Positions 53,059 to 64,000 are shown, numbered from the stretch's first letter. The stretch: 64,000 nt of DNA from an uncultured bacterium (GCA_965372795.1 CBDVDR010000006.1:32001-96000), one strand, 5' to 3'. Numbers and translations: made by a program. The notes: generated from the sequence alone by a model not told the origin.

Positions 53059-56000
53059 CTACTTCTGTATCGGTTCAGGACCGTTGTTGAACATATAGGC
53101 AACCAAGTATGTCAGGTCAGAAATGTCTGCGTTGCCATTTAAATTAACATCGGCTGTTTCAATCACAAGTGGCACATCGCCTCCGCTGAAGAGGTACGCC
53201 ACGAAGAATGTGACATCTGAGATACTTACAAGCCCGTCAAGATTCAGATCACCGCTGCGATGGGAACGAATCATTACCCATGATGTCAAATCTGCACTGC
53301 CGGCACCACCTCCATAGGTCCAGGCGACAGTGTAATTACAAATGTTCTCATCCCAAAGGAGGAAACCGTTCTCCTCACAGACGATGAAATCGTATATGGG
53401 GAACTCAACATCGAGCACCTGCCCCGTCAAATCGGGATACGTAGCCAGCACTTCTGGCGTTCCCGAAAGGGGAACACTACAACTACTGTTGGTGACAGTG
53501 ATAGTAACACTTGCGGCGTCAATATCGGTTACCGCATGACCCAGATCAGCGGTGTAGGCGTCGCTGATGATAACGTGTCCCATCATGGTCTCCAAGGTGT
53601 ATTTCATAACAACACTAACCGTATCAGGATCAAATAGGAATGTTGGTGCTAGTTCTCCACCTACTTCAATGGTATAATCCTCGACTTCACCCCAGCTTGT
53701 GGTCCCACATGGTCCCGGTAGACTAGAGTAATTGAGACGTACCCTCATGACACAAGAACCAACCACAGCGTCACCAGGTACTGTTACTGTTCCAGAATAA
53801 GGACCAGAGCCACTATAAGTATCGAGCGTTACCGCTTCCGTAACTTCGTCAAAAACGAAATCCTGGTTCCAGTCAATCCACACGGCACCATAATCGGACG
53901 AATAGCCACCGCCTATCTCAATTGTGAGCGGCGCACTGTCACCGATCTCCAACAACGTGGACAGGCTTTTGTAATCGCCGTAGTTATCGCAGCCACTCGA
54001 GTTATCGATCGAACCAATGGCCACACGGCTTATATATTCGTCACAGCCACCGCTGGCAGTACAATGCCCGACGACCGCTTCAGCCACTACATTAATAGTG
54101 TATGGACCTTCCGCATCACTGGCTGGGTCCAGCATAACTGGATAATAGTACGTTCCGGGAGCAAGGCCATCCCAGACGATAGTGACATTGTCATCACCAC
54201 AATCATCGGTGTTGAATGTTCCTGCAGTCGTGAACTCGCCGCACGGACAACCCAGTGCTAGATTCAACCAGGCATTACCAAACGCTGGTGAGGTTCCGCA
54301 GTAGTCCAGAGTGACGTTAGCTGACTGTGTGATTGTAAAGGCTTCCCAAACGTGTCCGCCCTCAAAATCAGGACACTGATTGCTGGCGCAAGTATTGTCA
54401 CCAGTAAAGGTAACAGATGTACCCAAAGTTAACGTAACTGGAGTCACATCTTCGCAGTTGTCATTCGATGGAGGATCACATTCGACACAATCGACTGTGA
54501 TAATACCATCACCGGTGTTACTTCCAAAACCACCGACTTCAATCAAATAAGTATTACCCTCAACCGAAGCGAAGGTAATTTCTGATTGTAAAGTACAGAA
54601 ATCGTCATTGCAGCCAAGCATATCGGCTGTAGACGGATCAACACCATCGTATACTGCCATCTTTGTGTCATAGCTGGAACCGCAGAGGCTAACAGTTGTA
54701 AAACCTGTGCATGTGGCTGTATAGCAGTACCAGATATTCGGCGAGCTCAGACAGCCCTGAGGACCGTCGGGAGTGGAACCGATGGTTGTAAACGGCTGTT
54801 CAGTAACATCTCCGATTTCCTCGCAAAGTTCCCAGTCATCACCCGGCTGCGGTCCGGCCGCCAAAGCGATGGTAAGATCAAAGTCCGGGATGCAGTCCGG
54901 AGAAGCCCAAGTATCAATCATTAGATAATAGACTCCAGCTTCCAGATGAAGACCGTAAAAACCTTTCGGATCGCTGGAGGATCCGGTGATGGTCGCAATG
55001 CATGTCGTCGGATCGGCTGGACACGAGGCATCTAAAAGCATACCACCATATGAGGTACCTTTCGGATCGAAAATTATATCTAAGGTTATAGGTTCTGAAA
55101 CATCAATGGAATAGACAATGTCCTCACCGCTATCATATGAGCTGAGACAAGTGTTATCGTAGTTATTTCCCCTGCCACAGTTTGACTGCGAAAGGTCCGC
55201 GTATGGCAGATCTGCGGGAAATTTGATCACAATCGGGTCAGTACAATCGTCACCAGGAGTTGGTCCTGCCGCCTCTTCAATCGTTAGATTAAACGACGGG
55301 ATACAATCAGGTGACGGCCAGGTATCAACCATAATATAATACGTTCCCGCTGTTAGATACAGACCGGAGATAGAGTGTGGTGAGCTTGAGGAACTGGTGC
55401 TGGTGGCAATACAAGTGGATGGATCAGCCGGACAAGCGGCATCAACCAGAATGCCGGTGTAGGTTGTTCCCTGAGGATCAAGAGTGATATCCACAGTCAT
55501 GTCTGCTGAGACATTGAGCTGATAGACAATGTCCTCGCCACCATCATAGAAGCCCAGACAAGTTTCTTCATAGTAGTTGACCCGTCCGCAAGTGTACTGG
55601 TCGACATCGGTATAAGGCAGTTCGCCCTCAGCTCCGATATTGATCACGATCGGATCATCACACCAATCGCCAACCTCTGGCGGAGGTGGCTCGGTCACAT
55701 TGATTGTAAACTCAAAAGGCTGTGCACCTTTCGCACTACCAGTAGTTACCGGAATGTAATAGGTGGCCGGTCCTGGAAGCATATCCCACCACGTGTGTGG
55801 ATTTTCCTCACCGTCGCCACAGTCCCACCATTCATAATCCGTACTCATAATATACTCGTCACACGCGACCGGGTCGGCGTAGAGAACTATGGCAGCTTCT
55901 TCCAAACCAGGAACTGTACCGCAATAGTTAATATCAATGTTGTTGAGTGCATATGGGGCATCGAAGACGTACCAGACGCCATCCCAATCAAGTACGCCTG

Positions 56001-57087
56001 GACAATCAACCGTTGCACCCTCAGTGGTTCCCTGTATTACGACTGGGAACGGACCGGTTATTGGTGTTGCATATTCCCAGGTATCGTTTTCCGGAGCAAG
56101 TGGACAGGGATCATCAATGCAGTTCAGTCCTTCGACCCAATAACCGCCCAGAGCAGCGGCATCGGCTTCGGTGATGCCATCCTCGCAACTTGGGTTGGCT
56201 GGATCACCATAGCAGGCACGGCCCACAGGCAGGATATTATCATCGATCGAGAAAACATCGACACTAAACTGGGCACCGTCGTATCCATAGTATCTGATCC
56301 CGAACTTGACGTCGTTATAAGACAAGTACGAAGTCAGCGGAATCGTTACCTCAGACCATATGAAACTTTCGAAAATTCCGGCATCAGCTTCGCTCCAGAG
56401 GAGAACGTCGAAGTTGGCACCGCCATCGATTGATATCCATATTTCCATATCGTAGTTGTCATACGGGTCAATACTCCAGTAGTAACTACCCATCCAGGCA
56501 AAATTTAGTGTCCAAGCAGTACCGCCGGTGGTTAGATCGACTGAGGGACTGATTAGCCACTCATCCTGAGTGTCTGTTAAATTTTCATCATAGAAACAAG
56601 TAGCATTGTAACTTCCCTCAAAGGGATTACCATCGTCTATCTCAAAGGTGTAACTGTTGTTGACGACTACTGTCCAATCTGTGGGTGGAATCATACCACC
56701 CTCAAATCCTTCAAAGAGCAAATCAGCCCTCTGTGGATTGGGCACATAGTCACTCGATCCCTGATAAGGATTGGTTTTGAGAGATGGACTATAATGCTTG
56801 GCGATTGGTTGCTGTCCCTGAGCCATTTTCTGTGCGATCTCATCATCACTCGGGATAACGCCATTGGAATAATGTCCCGAACTTCCTGGCTCCTCAAGTG
56901 GCACGAAACCTTCGGTGTGTTCCGGCTGGGAACTGCTTTTTAGCTTCCAATTGGGATCGGGTAGAGGATACTCATTGACTGACATGGGTCCCGGAATCGG
57001 TTTCTCATCAACTGCAATAGAGAAACCTACAGCCATTACCAAAGCAATGAACACGACAGAACTAGAGAATAATAACTTTTTTTTCAT
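53059..57087 (-). CDS. Large secreted non-catalytic modular protein: cleaved-adhesin-like domain, five Cys-rich PPC-like modules, GEVED domain, dockerin-like tail
   Basis: Signal peptide; EGFEGG...DEWLISP; modules starting PENDT/VGDWC/PGDDC/PGDDW/PSNDNC; VWIDWNQD...GEVEDY; SGDLNLDG...ADVNLNG. No protease motif seen. Confidence 0.82.
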   Translation of the reverse strand: MKKKLLFSSSVVFIALVMAVGFSIAVDEKPIPGPMSVNEYPLPDPNWKLKSSSQPEHTEGFVPLEEPGSSGHYSNGVIPSDDEIAQKMAQGQQPIAKHYSPSLKTNPYQGSSDYVPNPQRADLLFEGFEGGMIPPTDWTVVVNNSYTFEIDDGNPFEGSYNATCFYDENLTDTQDEWLISPSVDLTTGGTAWTLNFAWMGSYYWSIDPYDNYDMEIWISIDGGANFDVLLWSEADAGIFESFIWSEVTIPLTSYLSYNDVKFGIRYYGYDGAQFSVDVFSIDDNILPVGRACYGDPANPSCEDGITEADAAALGGYWVEGLNCIDDPCPLAPENDTWEYATPITGPFPVVIQGTTEGATVDCPGVLDWDGVWYVFDAPYALNNIDINYCGTVPGLEEAAIVLYADPVACDEYIMSTDYEWWDCGDGEENPHTWWDMLPGPATYYIPVTTGSAKGAQPFEFTINVTEPPPPEVGDWCDDPIVINIGAEGELPYTDVDQYTCGRVNYYEETCLGFYDGGEDIVYQLNVSADMTVDITLDPQGTTYTGILVDAACPADPSTCIATSTSSSSSPHSISGLYLTAGTYYIMVDTWPSPDCIPSFNLTIEEAAGPTPGDDCTDPIVIKFPADLPYADLSQSNCGRGNNYDNTCLSSYDSGEDIVYSIDVSEPITLDIIFDPKGTSYGGMLLDASCPADPTTCIATITGSSSDPKGFYGLHLEAGVYYLMIDTWASPDCIPDFDLTIALAAGPQPGDDWELCEEIGDVTEQPFTTIGSTPDGPQGCLSSPNIWYCYTATCTGFTTVSLCGSSYDTKMAVYDGVDPSTADMLGCNDDFCTLQSEITFASVEGNTYLIEVGGFGSNTGDGIITVDCVECDPPSNDNCEDVTPVTLTLGTSVTFTGDNTCASNQCPDFEGGHVWEAFTITQSANVTLDYCGTSPAFGNAWLNLALGCPCGEFTTAGTFNTDDCGDDNVTIVWDGLAPGTYYYPVMLDPASDAEGPYTINVVAEAVVGHCTASGGCDEYISRVAIGSIDNSSGCDNYGDYKSLSTLLEIGDSAPLTIEIGGGYSSDYGAVWIDWNQDFVFDEVTEAVTLDTYSGSGPYSGTVTVPGDAVVGSCVMRVRLNYSSLPGPCGTTSWGEVEDYTIEVGGELAPTFLFDPDTVSVVMKYTLETMMGHVIISDAYTADLGHAVTDIDAASVTITVTNSSCSVPLSGTPEVLATYPDLTGQVLDVEFPIYDFIVCEENGFLLWDENICNYTVAWTYGGGAGSADLTSWVMIRSHRSGDLNLDGLVSISDVTFFVAYLFSGGDVPLVIETADVNLNGNADISDLTYLVAYMFNNGPEPIQK

Positions 57088-57830
57088 AGGATTACCTCAT
57101 CCTTAAATAGTATTACCGTTTCTTATAAATACGCTGTTCTTCAAAGATGCACAAAAATCCAAATCCACGTCCACGGTATTTATCATTGAACCCCCTTCCT
57201 CGCAAAGTTGTATGATGATTTGATACTGGTTTTATAGAATACTATGTACAAGGATACTTAAAACCCTTCTATCGTCATGGTGCAGCTTGATTTACAATGT
57301 TTATTGAAGATGAGATATTCCGCGGCACTCAGCTGATTAACACGTCTATCGATGAAGTAATCTAGTTCACATTAATAAACAACTGATAAATCCCGCTTTA
57401 CTTCCACCTTACTGACAACAAACAATGCCAGTTTGTTTAGATGCACTAACGGTTGTTTTTAACACTTGTGATGGCAGCATTTATTGAAATTGAGGTCTCA
57501 CAGATAGTAATTCAACTGGTCGGAAGCGCATAACAATCATACTTAATTAAATATGAAGACGCGACTCACGGTCCGATCGTCATTAAGCTGCTGTCATTTC
57601 TTATACCAACTTTATAACTACATTATATCTATATTGCATCTTGTATCCACGTATCCTGTATCTATACAATACTACATGCGATCCCATATGTCAAACGGAA
57701 AAATGCATAAATAGTAGAATGTGACGAGGATTTTGAGAGTGAACTTCCCCCCTTTCGGTTCTGTTTGAGAGTCAGTTTGTTGGTTCAAAAAGAAAGTAGT
57801 GATGAGTCGAAAATAGTGGTTTGAGAATAA

Positions 57831-58691
57831 ACGAAGCGATACACTAAGCTTCAGGCATTCGCATCAAGATTATTTACAGTTGTGATGTTAGTCACTGTAA
57901 CAGTCGTATCTGTTGTCAAAAGTCAGGAAACATTTGATCTAATAGAGCGAAAAGAAGTAACACCGGAATTTGCCGCGACTCTCGGAAGTTAAGAAGATAG
58001 ATGCACTTGTGGAAAACGACCCAGCGACTGCTAAGCAGTACTTAAGCGAAGGCGCTGATCCAAACGCGCAATTGGAGAATGGTGATTCTGTGTTGATGGC
58101 AGCGTGTTTACATAGGGGGCAGTTTGATATTGTCAACTCCCTAGTTGCCCATGGTGCAAGCGTTGATCAAATTGCAGATGATGGATTAACTGCCCTGTAT
58201 GTCCCTGCTGATTCGGAAAATTAGGACATCGTAAGGTTGTTATTGGCAAAAGGGGCGGACGTTAATGCCAGCGACGGTGGTAGCTACGGGACGGCGTTAA
58301 CAGCAGCGTCAATAGAGGGCATCGGCCCGTGTTTCTCGAGTTACTATCAAATGGGGCAGATGTCAACGCACGAAGTGTACATGGTTCAGTATTGGGTTTT
58401 GCAGTTGGTTCAAGTGATCGTAAATCTGTAAAGGAGCTTATAGATGCCGGTGCAGATCCAAGGATTGAGACCGTATCATCTGGAATGAGTCGTCGTCCTG
58501 TTTTGCAATTGAAGGCAGCATTGTATCTCCGAAAGGAAGCGGAGAAAGTCTCTGCAGAGAAGATCGCCAGCATTCCAGAGCTAAAACAAGTCCCAGAGTC
58601 TCCTGTAACCATTGAAGAGCTACAGAAGCTGATTGACCTCCTAAATGAGACCAGTGAACGTTTAGATTCACTTGATTCAAGTAAGAACTGA
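57831..58691 (+). pseudogene. Ankyrin-repeat protein pseudogene (probably formerly exported)
   Basis: Ankyrin motifs (GADPNA, DIVRLLLAKGADVNA, NGADVNA, AGADP) split across frames; in-frame TAG at 58222-58224; frameshifts near 57985 and 58320; upstream hydrophobic signal-like stretch lacks a clean start. Confidence 0.85.
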
Positions 58692-59120
58692 CCCAAGCAC
58701 GCTCACGATATTTAGGGATTTCGGAGTCTTAGTGATGACGTTGACTGATAGATCTATTGGTCAAGGTCATCCTATAAAAAGCATCCTCGAGTCTTGGAAT
58801 ATTGAACTTTCGCAAGTAGGGAAAAGTAATTAGTAAAGTGAGTTTGGTCCTGCGAAACCAAATTTTTTAATTTTGTTATCAGGAGTTATGTAATCAAATC
58901 ACTTTTTTTATAAGAAAATAAAATTAGATAGTATCTCTCCCTCAAGCTACAATACTGGGTGGGGTTGTTTCGACGGCGGTCATAGAGGGATGGGGGGGCA
59001 CTCCAATAGGTGCATCTTTTTACTTTACAAAGTCGATTTGAACTGTTATAAAAGACTCATAAAGGGCACCTGACTGCCCCAATAAATAGCGTGACTGACG
59101 AATGTAAGTCATTGTCTTTC

Positions 59121-59193
<73 letters not shown>

Positions 59194-59249
59194 TATTAGA
59201 AACTAAAGGGTTACTTTATCAAATCATTTAATTCACTATATCGAAATTA

Positions 59250-59588
59250 TCATTTCCAGCAGGTTACGGTCAGAAAGTATGAACCTGTAACCAATGAGTC
59301 TGATATTAAACAAGTGAAGGTTGTGTCGGATGCTATCCACGAAGTTGCCAACTGGTAACCACGTGCAAAACAATAGAGGTTAGCATTAGTTTGATTGGCT
59401 TTAAATAAATTTTCACAATTAATTTGTTCGGCTGGATTATTAACGGTGTAAGTTGTATTGGCACCAATCGCTGTTGACTTATCCTCTTCAATCTTTAAGG
59501 GATTTAAGCTGAAATCTTCAAACAGACAACCAGAGAATTGAAAAGAAATAATAAATATCAAGAAAATTATAAAAATTATCTTTTTCAC
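59250..59588 (-). CDS. Small hypothetical lipoprotein
   Basis: KK + hydrophobic stretch + FSGC lipobox; four further Cys. Confidence 0.65.
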   Translation of the reverse strand: MKKIIFIIFLIFIISFQFSGCLFEDFSLNPLKIEEDKSTAIGANTTYTVNNPAEQINCENLFKANQTNANLYCFARGYQLATSWIASDTTFTCLISDSLVTGSYFLTVTCWK

Positions 59589-59668
59589 ATCTAACCACCT
59601 AAATTTATACTTTACATATAAATTATCGGTGATTCGATGTGATGATTAGAAATCCATAATTTTTTTGC

Positions 59669-62338
59669 CTAATTTTGACATGGCACCAAACATTCTGGTC
59701 TATTCCCGAACAGATAATCGACAAAACAAGTCAGATCACTTACTGTTATTTCACCGTCACCATTAAGATCACCCTCCGCAAAACAACCGGGACCATCTCC
59801 ACCATTGAACATATAATCAACCAAACCGGTTAAATCTGAAATATCAAGACTTCCTGATCCATCAAAATCCCCTCTTAATTGACAACAATCAGGACAACAA
59901 CAAGCATCACCAACATTGTCACCATCAGAATCAATTTGATCAGGGTTATATATGTCTATACAATTATCACAACTATCTCCAACGCCATCAAAATCAACAT
60001 CTAGTTGTAAAGGGTTAATAATTTCAAGGCAGTTATCACAGGCATCGCCAATGCCATCTGTATCAGTGTCAGTCTGTTCCACATTCGGAACTGCAATGCA
60101 ATTGTCACAGGGATTTCCGATGCCATCACTATCAGTATCTTCCTGATTTGGATTTGGTATATCTGAGCAGTTATCTCGTTCACAAAATATAGTAGGGAAA
60201 TTAGGATCAGCGTAGCCATCATCATCACTATCAGTACACTGATCACAAACATCTCCCTCGCCATCCCCATCAGTATCTATCTGATCAGGATTAGCAAGAT
60301 ATTGGCAATTATCATCAGGACAGACATTATTTGGAAATGAAGGATTGCCGTAACCGTCTCCATCAGAGTCAGTGCAATAATCACATTCGTCGCCTACACC
60401 ATCATTGTCATAATCAAGTTGACTGTAGTTCGGTGTATTTATACAGTTATCGCATACATCTCCGGTACCATCACCGTCTGAATCTTCCTGATTTGGGTTT
60501 GCAATTTCGGGACAATTATCTACATTGGCACACAATCCGTCACCATCGCCATCATCCAATGAATCTTCGGGACATTGATCACATAAATCGCCAACTCCAT
60601 CCCCATCAATGTCTTCCTGTAATGGATTTGTAATTATTGGGCAATTATCATTTTCATCACATATTTGATCATTGTCATCATCAGGACATAACTGACAGCC
60701 GGCTCCTAAAGCTCCGATTAAAATTCCACATTCATTCTGCACTGATGACGAAAGACAAGGCGAATATTCGTCTATTCTCAGATCTAAACTTGCAGTATCG
60801 CAAAAGAAAGGATTTAAGGACATATTACCGTATTGTGCAGCTAAGTTGGGATTTGTCCAGTCTCCGCCAATGTTGCCATAAATATTAGTGCATTGGATTA
60901 ACGGATTCATAGTGCTAGATATCCATACCGATCCAGGACCGTTACCATACGCTATCAAATTGTTAAAAAAGTTAACATAACTCTTTTCGTTGCATGATCG
61001 ACAACCGGAGTCATCAAAATGGATTGAACTCCCATATTCAGCCGAGTTTCCAAACATAGTGCAATTTACAACCGAAGGATTTCCCCCATATAAAACTCCA
61101 ACAGCTCCACCATAGTAGGAACTGTTTTTGATAAAGATACAAAACGAAAATGCCGGTGAGGAACCATACAACCCACAAACAGCCCCACCATTGTAAGATG
61201 AATAGTTGTTTATAAAAGTACAGTTTTGAAAAACAGGCGCACTTGTTTGACAGGAAACAGCTCCTCCATATGAACCAAAATTATTTTGAAAAACAGAGGT
61301 CTTAAATAAAGGCGAAGAATCCCAGATATCAAAAGCACCCCCATAATAGGAGCTTGTACTATCACCGCCATTTTGGAAAGTAAACCCTTCAATTACACAA
61401 CTGGTATCAACCTCACCTTTAATTCTCATAAAACGATGCGGTTCAGAAGCTGAACTTTGCAAATCAAATATTGTAAGCTCGGCGCCGGTAACTGATTTAA
61501 GTACAAATGGCGCACCCATTTCAAGATCACGATTATTATCTCCGGTGTAGGTCCCTGCTTCAACCATAATTGTGTCAAGAAATATGACGGCTTCAAATGC
61601 AGATTGTAAATCAGGATAATCATTCGGAACATTGAATGAAACAGGAGTATAATTGACCGGACAACGACCGGCTTCTATTGTTAAAACGACATCAACATTA
61701 GAACTATACAGATCGCTGATTGTGTACCAGTTAGAATTATAGAAAGCGACTGTTCTCTGTTCCCCTTGATACGGTCCTTCTCCGCCATCAGAGACGCAAA
61801 ATAGGGTGTCACCCTCTCCTCCGACACTGTTCCATCCGATATAAAAATCCTCACCCTGCCCAAATACACGGCTGTTATTTAGAAAATCTACTTCAACCCA
61901 ATCCAAATCTCCGATGGGAAGTTCACTATAAGGAACATACGCAGAATCAATTTTGCTACCCGGAAGACCGGAACCATTATTATCCCATAAATAGATTTGC
62001 ATATCAGGAGTGCCTGTCATAAATGGTCGATAGAGCAATATTTTAGTTGTACGAACAACATAAATATATTCATCAATTACCGTAAAACGAACAGCAAGAT
62101 CAGTTATATTATCAAAATTTGGAATATTCCAGGAATACACAACCGGTGCATTAATATCATAAAAATATTTTGTTTCACAATAATCAGAAAACGCAGTAAT
62201 TTTCTTTCCTGATGATTCAAATTGATAAGCAATTTCAGGATCAATTTCTCTTAAATTTAATTCAGATGCTGGTAAATTGATGTTTATGAAAAGAAAAAGT
62301 ACAAGTGATAATAGTAGGCAAGCTTTGATGAATTTCAT
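59669..62338 (-). CDS. Secreted protein with right-handed beta-helix (GGA[IV]/FxxN repeats), TSP3 repeats and C-terminal dockerin-like domain
   Basis: Signal peptide; [11 protein letters not shown], repeated FxxN...GGAV, many DxDxDGxGDxCDNC units, CCQLRGD...EGDLNGDG tail. Confidence 0.85.
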   Translation of the reverse strand: MKFIKACLLLSLVLFLFININLPASELNLREIDPEIAYQFESSGKKITAFSDYCETKYFYDINAPVVYSWNIPNFDNITDLAVRFTVIDEYIYVVRTTKILLYRPFMTGTPDMQIYLWDNNGSGLPGSKIDSAYVPYSELPIGDLDWVEVDFLNNSRVFGQGEDFYIGWNSVGGEGDTLFCVSDGGEGPYQGEQRTVAFYNSNWYTISDLYSSNVDVVLTIEAGRCPVNYTPVSFNVPNDYPDLQSAFEAVIFLDTIMVEAGTYTGDNNRDLEMGAPFVLKSVTGAELTIFDLQSSASEPHRFMRIKGEVDTSCVIEGFTFQNGGDSTSSYYGGAFDIWDSSPLFKTSVFQNNFGSYGGAVSCQTSAPVFQNCTFINNYSSYNGGAVCGLYGSSPAFSFCIFIKNSSYYGGAVGVLYGGNPSVVNCTMFGNSAEYGSSIHFDDSGCRSCNEKSYVNFFNNLIAYGNGPGSVWISSTMNPLIQCTNIYGNIGGDWTNPNLAAQYGNMSLNPFFCDTASLDLRIDEYSPCLSSSVQNECGILIGALGAGCQLCPDDDNDQICDENDNCPIITNPLQEDIDGDGVGDLCDQCPEDSLDDGDGDGLCANVDNCPEIANPNQEDSDGDGTGDVCDNCINTPNYSQLDYDNDGVGDECDYCTDSDGDGYGNPSFPNNVCPDDNCQYLANPDQIDTDGDGEGDVCDQCTDSDDDGYADPNFPTIFCERDNCSDIPNPNQEDTDSDGIGNPCDNCIAVPNVEQTDTDTDGIGDACDNCLEIINPLQLDVDFDGVGDSCDNCIDIYNPDQIDSDGDNVGDACCCPDCCQLRGDFDGSGSLDISDLTGLVDYMFNGGDGPGCFAEGDLNGDGEITVSDLTCFVDYLFGNRPECLVPCQN

Positions 62339-62383
62339 GCTTTCTCCCCTGATACAAATGTCTTTTTAAAATAAAATTGTTAT

Positions 62384-62412
62384 AAATAAAGCCGGGTAAT
62401 ATCATACCCGAC
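62384..62412 (-). terminator. Probable intrinsic terminator
   Basis: Minus-strand GTCGGGTA-TGATAT-TACCCGGC followed by TTTATTT. Confidence 0.65.
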
Positions 62413-62452
62413 TATATTATAACATATTTAATTTAATATGTCCAGCTTAATC

Positions 62453-64000
62453 TTATTTCAAAAAACAATCAGCAATACATTCCGGAGCGCCGCCAAACAT
62501 ATAATCGACCATACAGGTCAAGTCGCTAATCCCGGTATCTCCGTCACCATTAACATCGCCTTCTTCAGGACATGGAGGAGCATCACCACTACCAAAGAGA
62601 TAGTCGACAAAATATGTAATATCTGAGATATTGATTTCAGTCGTATGATTAACATCACCTCTTAATTGACAGCACTCACAAGCATCCCCGACATTATCAT
62701 TATCGCTGTCTTTTTGATCCGGGTTAGGTTCATCAATACAGTTATCACAAAGATCACCAACCGTATCACTATCAATATCACTTTGGTCATTATTGGAAAC
62801 ATCAGGGCAATTATCACAGGCATTACCTAAATCATCACTGTCATTATTTTCCTGTCCCGGATTAATAATATTCAGACAATTGTCGCAGACATCGCCGACG
62901 TTATCATTATCAATATCTTCCTGACCGGCATTATCAATATCTGGACAATTATCACAGGCATCTCCTAATCCATCTCCATCAGCATCGTTTTGTATTGGAT
63001 TACTTACGCCAAGACAATTATCAACATCATCACAAATTGAATCACCATCAGCATCATTATTTGGATCATTCGGACATGTGTCACAAACATCGCCAAGACC
63101 ATCACCATCAGAATCTACCTGTACCGAATTGGGGGTATTAGGACAATTATCAAAGTCTCCACAAATACCATCATTATCGATATCATCATCAGGATCTCCG
63201 GGACAGCTGTCACAGGCATCAGCAATTCCATCTCCATCAGTATCAGCTTGATCAGGATTATAAAACTCTGGGCAATTATCTTCAGGGCAAACATTTTCAG
63301 GATATCCGGGATCACCATAGCCATCACCATCAGAATCAACACAAATTAAACTACTTACAACATTTGTAGATTTAATATTCGAAAAAATACTCCACTGATT
63401 TTCTGCATCTTGCGCTCGCACTTTGTAGTAATAAATTCCGATTGCTTTTTCATTAATGGTGTAACTGGTATTAACTATTGTAGAAGAGATTACTGTTTGT
63501 GAAGAATAGACAGGAACAGGAGTTATATCATCAATCCAAAAACCTGGATCAGCCACATAACTGTCGGTTCTATAAGAGAATTGAATGATCACTTGTTGTC
63601 CGACAAATCCTGATAAGTCAAATATTCCTTCTACCCATCCATTTGAATATCCGGTAATACCGTTACCCAAGTTACTTCCAGTTGGATTATAATCTGTTGT
63701 TAAATTACCGGGTATTGTCGAGAAGGTTGCACCTCCGTCGGTTGAAACTTCTATATACCCATAATCCCAATCAGTTTCAATATCATAATACATCCAAAAA
63801 GTTAATTGATCGCCTGACTCAACATCTATAGGTTCAATCAATTTCAGACTATTATTCAAATTATCCCCTGCACCACTGTAAAAACTGGTCGATGGTGAGT
63901 GATTTCTTACTCCGCTTATACTGAAACCGGAACTGACCCAGTTAGCTAAATTATCAGCATAATCAGTTACTTCTGCATAACCTTCTAATTCAACCAACTC
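62453..64000 (-). CDS. C-terminal part of a modular protein: InhA-type MAM-like domain, FN3-like segment, TSP3 repeats, dockerin-like tail (5' end outside the window)
   Basis: YDIETDWDYGYIEVSTDGG...GWVEGIFDLS...WIDDI; YYYKVRAQD; TSP3 units; CCQLRGD tail. Frame open to position 64000. Confidence 0.85.
   Translation of the reverse strand, partial: ELVELEGYAEVTDYADNLANWVSSGFSISGVRNHSPSTSFYSGAGDNLNNSLKLIEPIDVESGDQLTFWMYYDIETDWDYGYIEVSTDGGATFSTIPGNLTTDYNPTGSNLGNGITGYSNGWVEGIFDLSGFVGQQVIIQFSYRTDSYVADPGFWIDDITPVPVYSSQTVISSTIVNTSYTINEKAIGIYYYKVRAQDAENQWSIFSNIKSTNVVSSLICVDSDGDGYGDPGYPENVCPEDNCPEFYNPDQADTDGDGIADACDSCPGDPDDDIDNDGICGDFDNCPNTPNSVQVDSDGDGLGDVCDTCPNDPNNDADGDSICDDVDNCLGVSNPIQNDADGDGLGDACDNCPDIDNAGQEDIDNDNVGDVCDNCLNIINPGQENNDSDDLGNACDNCPDVSNNDQSDIDSDTVGDLCDNCIDEPNPDQKDSDNDNVGDACECCQLRGDVNHTTEINISDITYFVDYLFGSGDAPPCPEEGDVNGDGDTGISDLTCMVDYMFGGAPECIADCFLK

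Noticed and set aside
55795..56433. 212-aa plus-strand ORF and similar antisense ORFs throughout the window
   Set aside because: They lie wholly antisense to well-supported genes and show no recognisable motifs.
58222..58224. In-frame TAG in the ankyrin gene as possible pyrrolysine or readthrough
   Set aside because: The same gene also has frameshifts and a decayed start; TAG is one change from the Leu codon expected there.
59199..59213. GAAACTAAAGGGTTA right of attR as an inverted partner of 59105-59120, hinting at a second tandem element
   Set aside because: The match is weak in AT-rich DNA, no integrase follows, and the downstream genes have host-like composition.
59900..63350. Periodic ATCA/CCATC-rich DNA suggesting a repeat array or CRISPR
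   Set aside because: The periodicity comes from coding TSP3 (DxDxDG...CDNC) repeats. There are no identical repeats with unique spacers and no cas genes.

Overview
Bacterial chromosome segment with an AT-rich backbone. The style of its dockerin/TSP3-tailed secreted proteins suggests candidate phylum Zixibacteria or a relative (inference from pattern recognition, not checked by search). From 1 to 43.9 kb the content is mostly housekeeping: an M28 peptidase, rel, an LPS-core/MsbA cluster, gdhA, prfB with its +1 frameshift, pta-aminotransferase-pckA, and a ~19.5 kb aromatic amino acid gene run (dapF-trpEGD-MFS-trpCFBA-CM-aroF, then argS-tyrA-aroF-aroA-aroE-aroK-aroB-aroQ-peptidase). Its DapF has both catalytic Cys replaced by Ser. 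From 43,957 to 59,193 lies a ~15.2 kb higher-GC integrative element in tRNA-Thr(CGT), bounded by a perfect 70-bp direct repeat. It carries a tyrosine integrase, two decayed genes, and three intact large secreted proteins: an M14 carboxypeptidase, a lysyl-endopeptidase-like S1 protease, and a non-catalytic multi-repeat GEVED protein. All three end in a dockerin-like domain. Two host-composition genes just beyond the element end in the same kind of domain, and all ten Ca-binding loops share [IV]SD[LIV]T. The main candidate novel system is a mobile, dockerin-tagged extracellular proteolysis module that plugs into a host cellulosome-like display or sorting system. No cohesin is recognisable in the window, so this remains a hypothesis.
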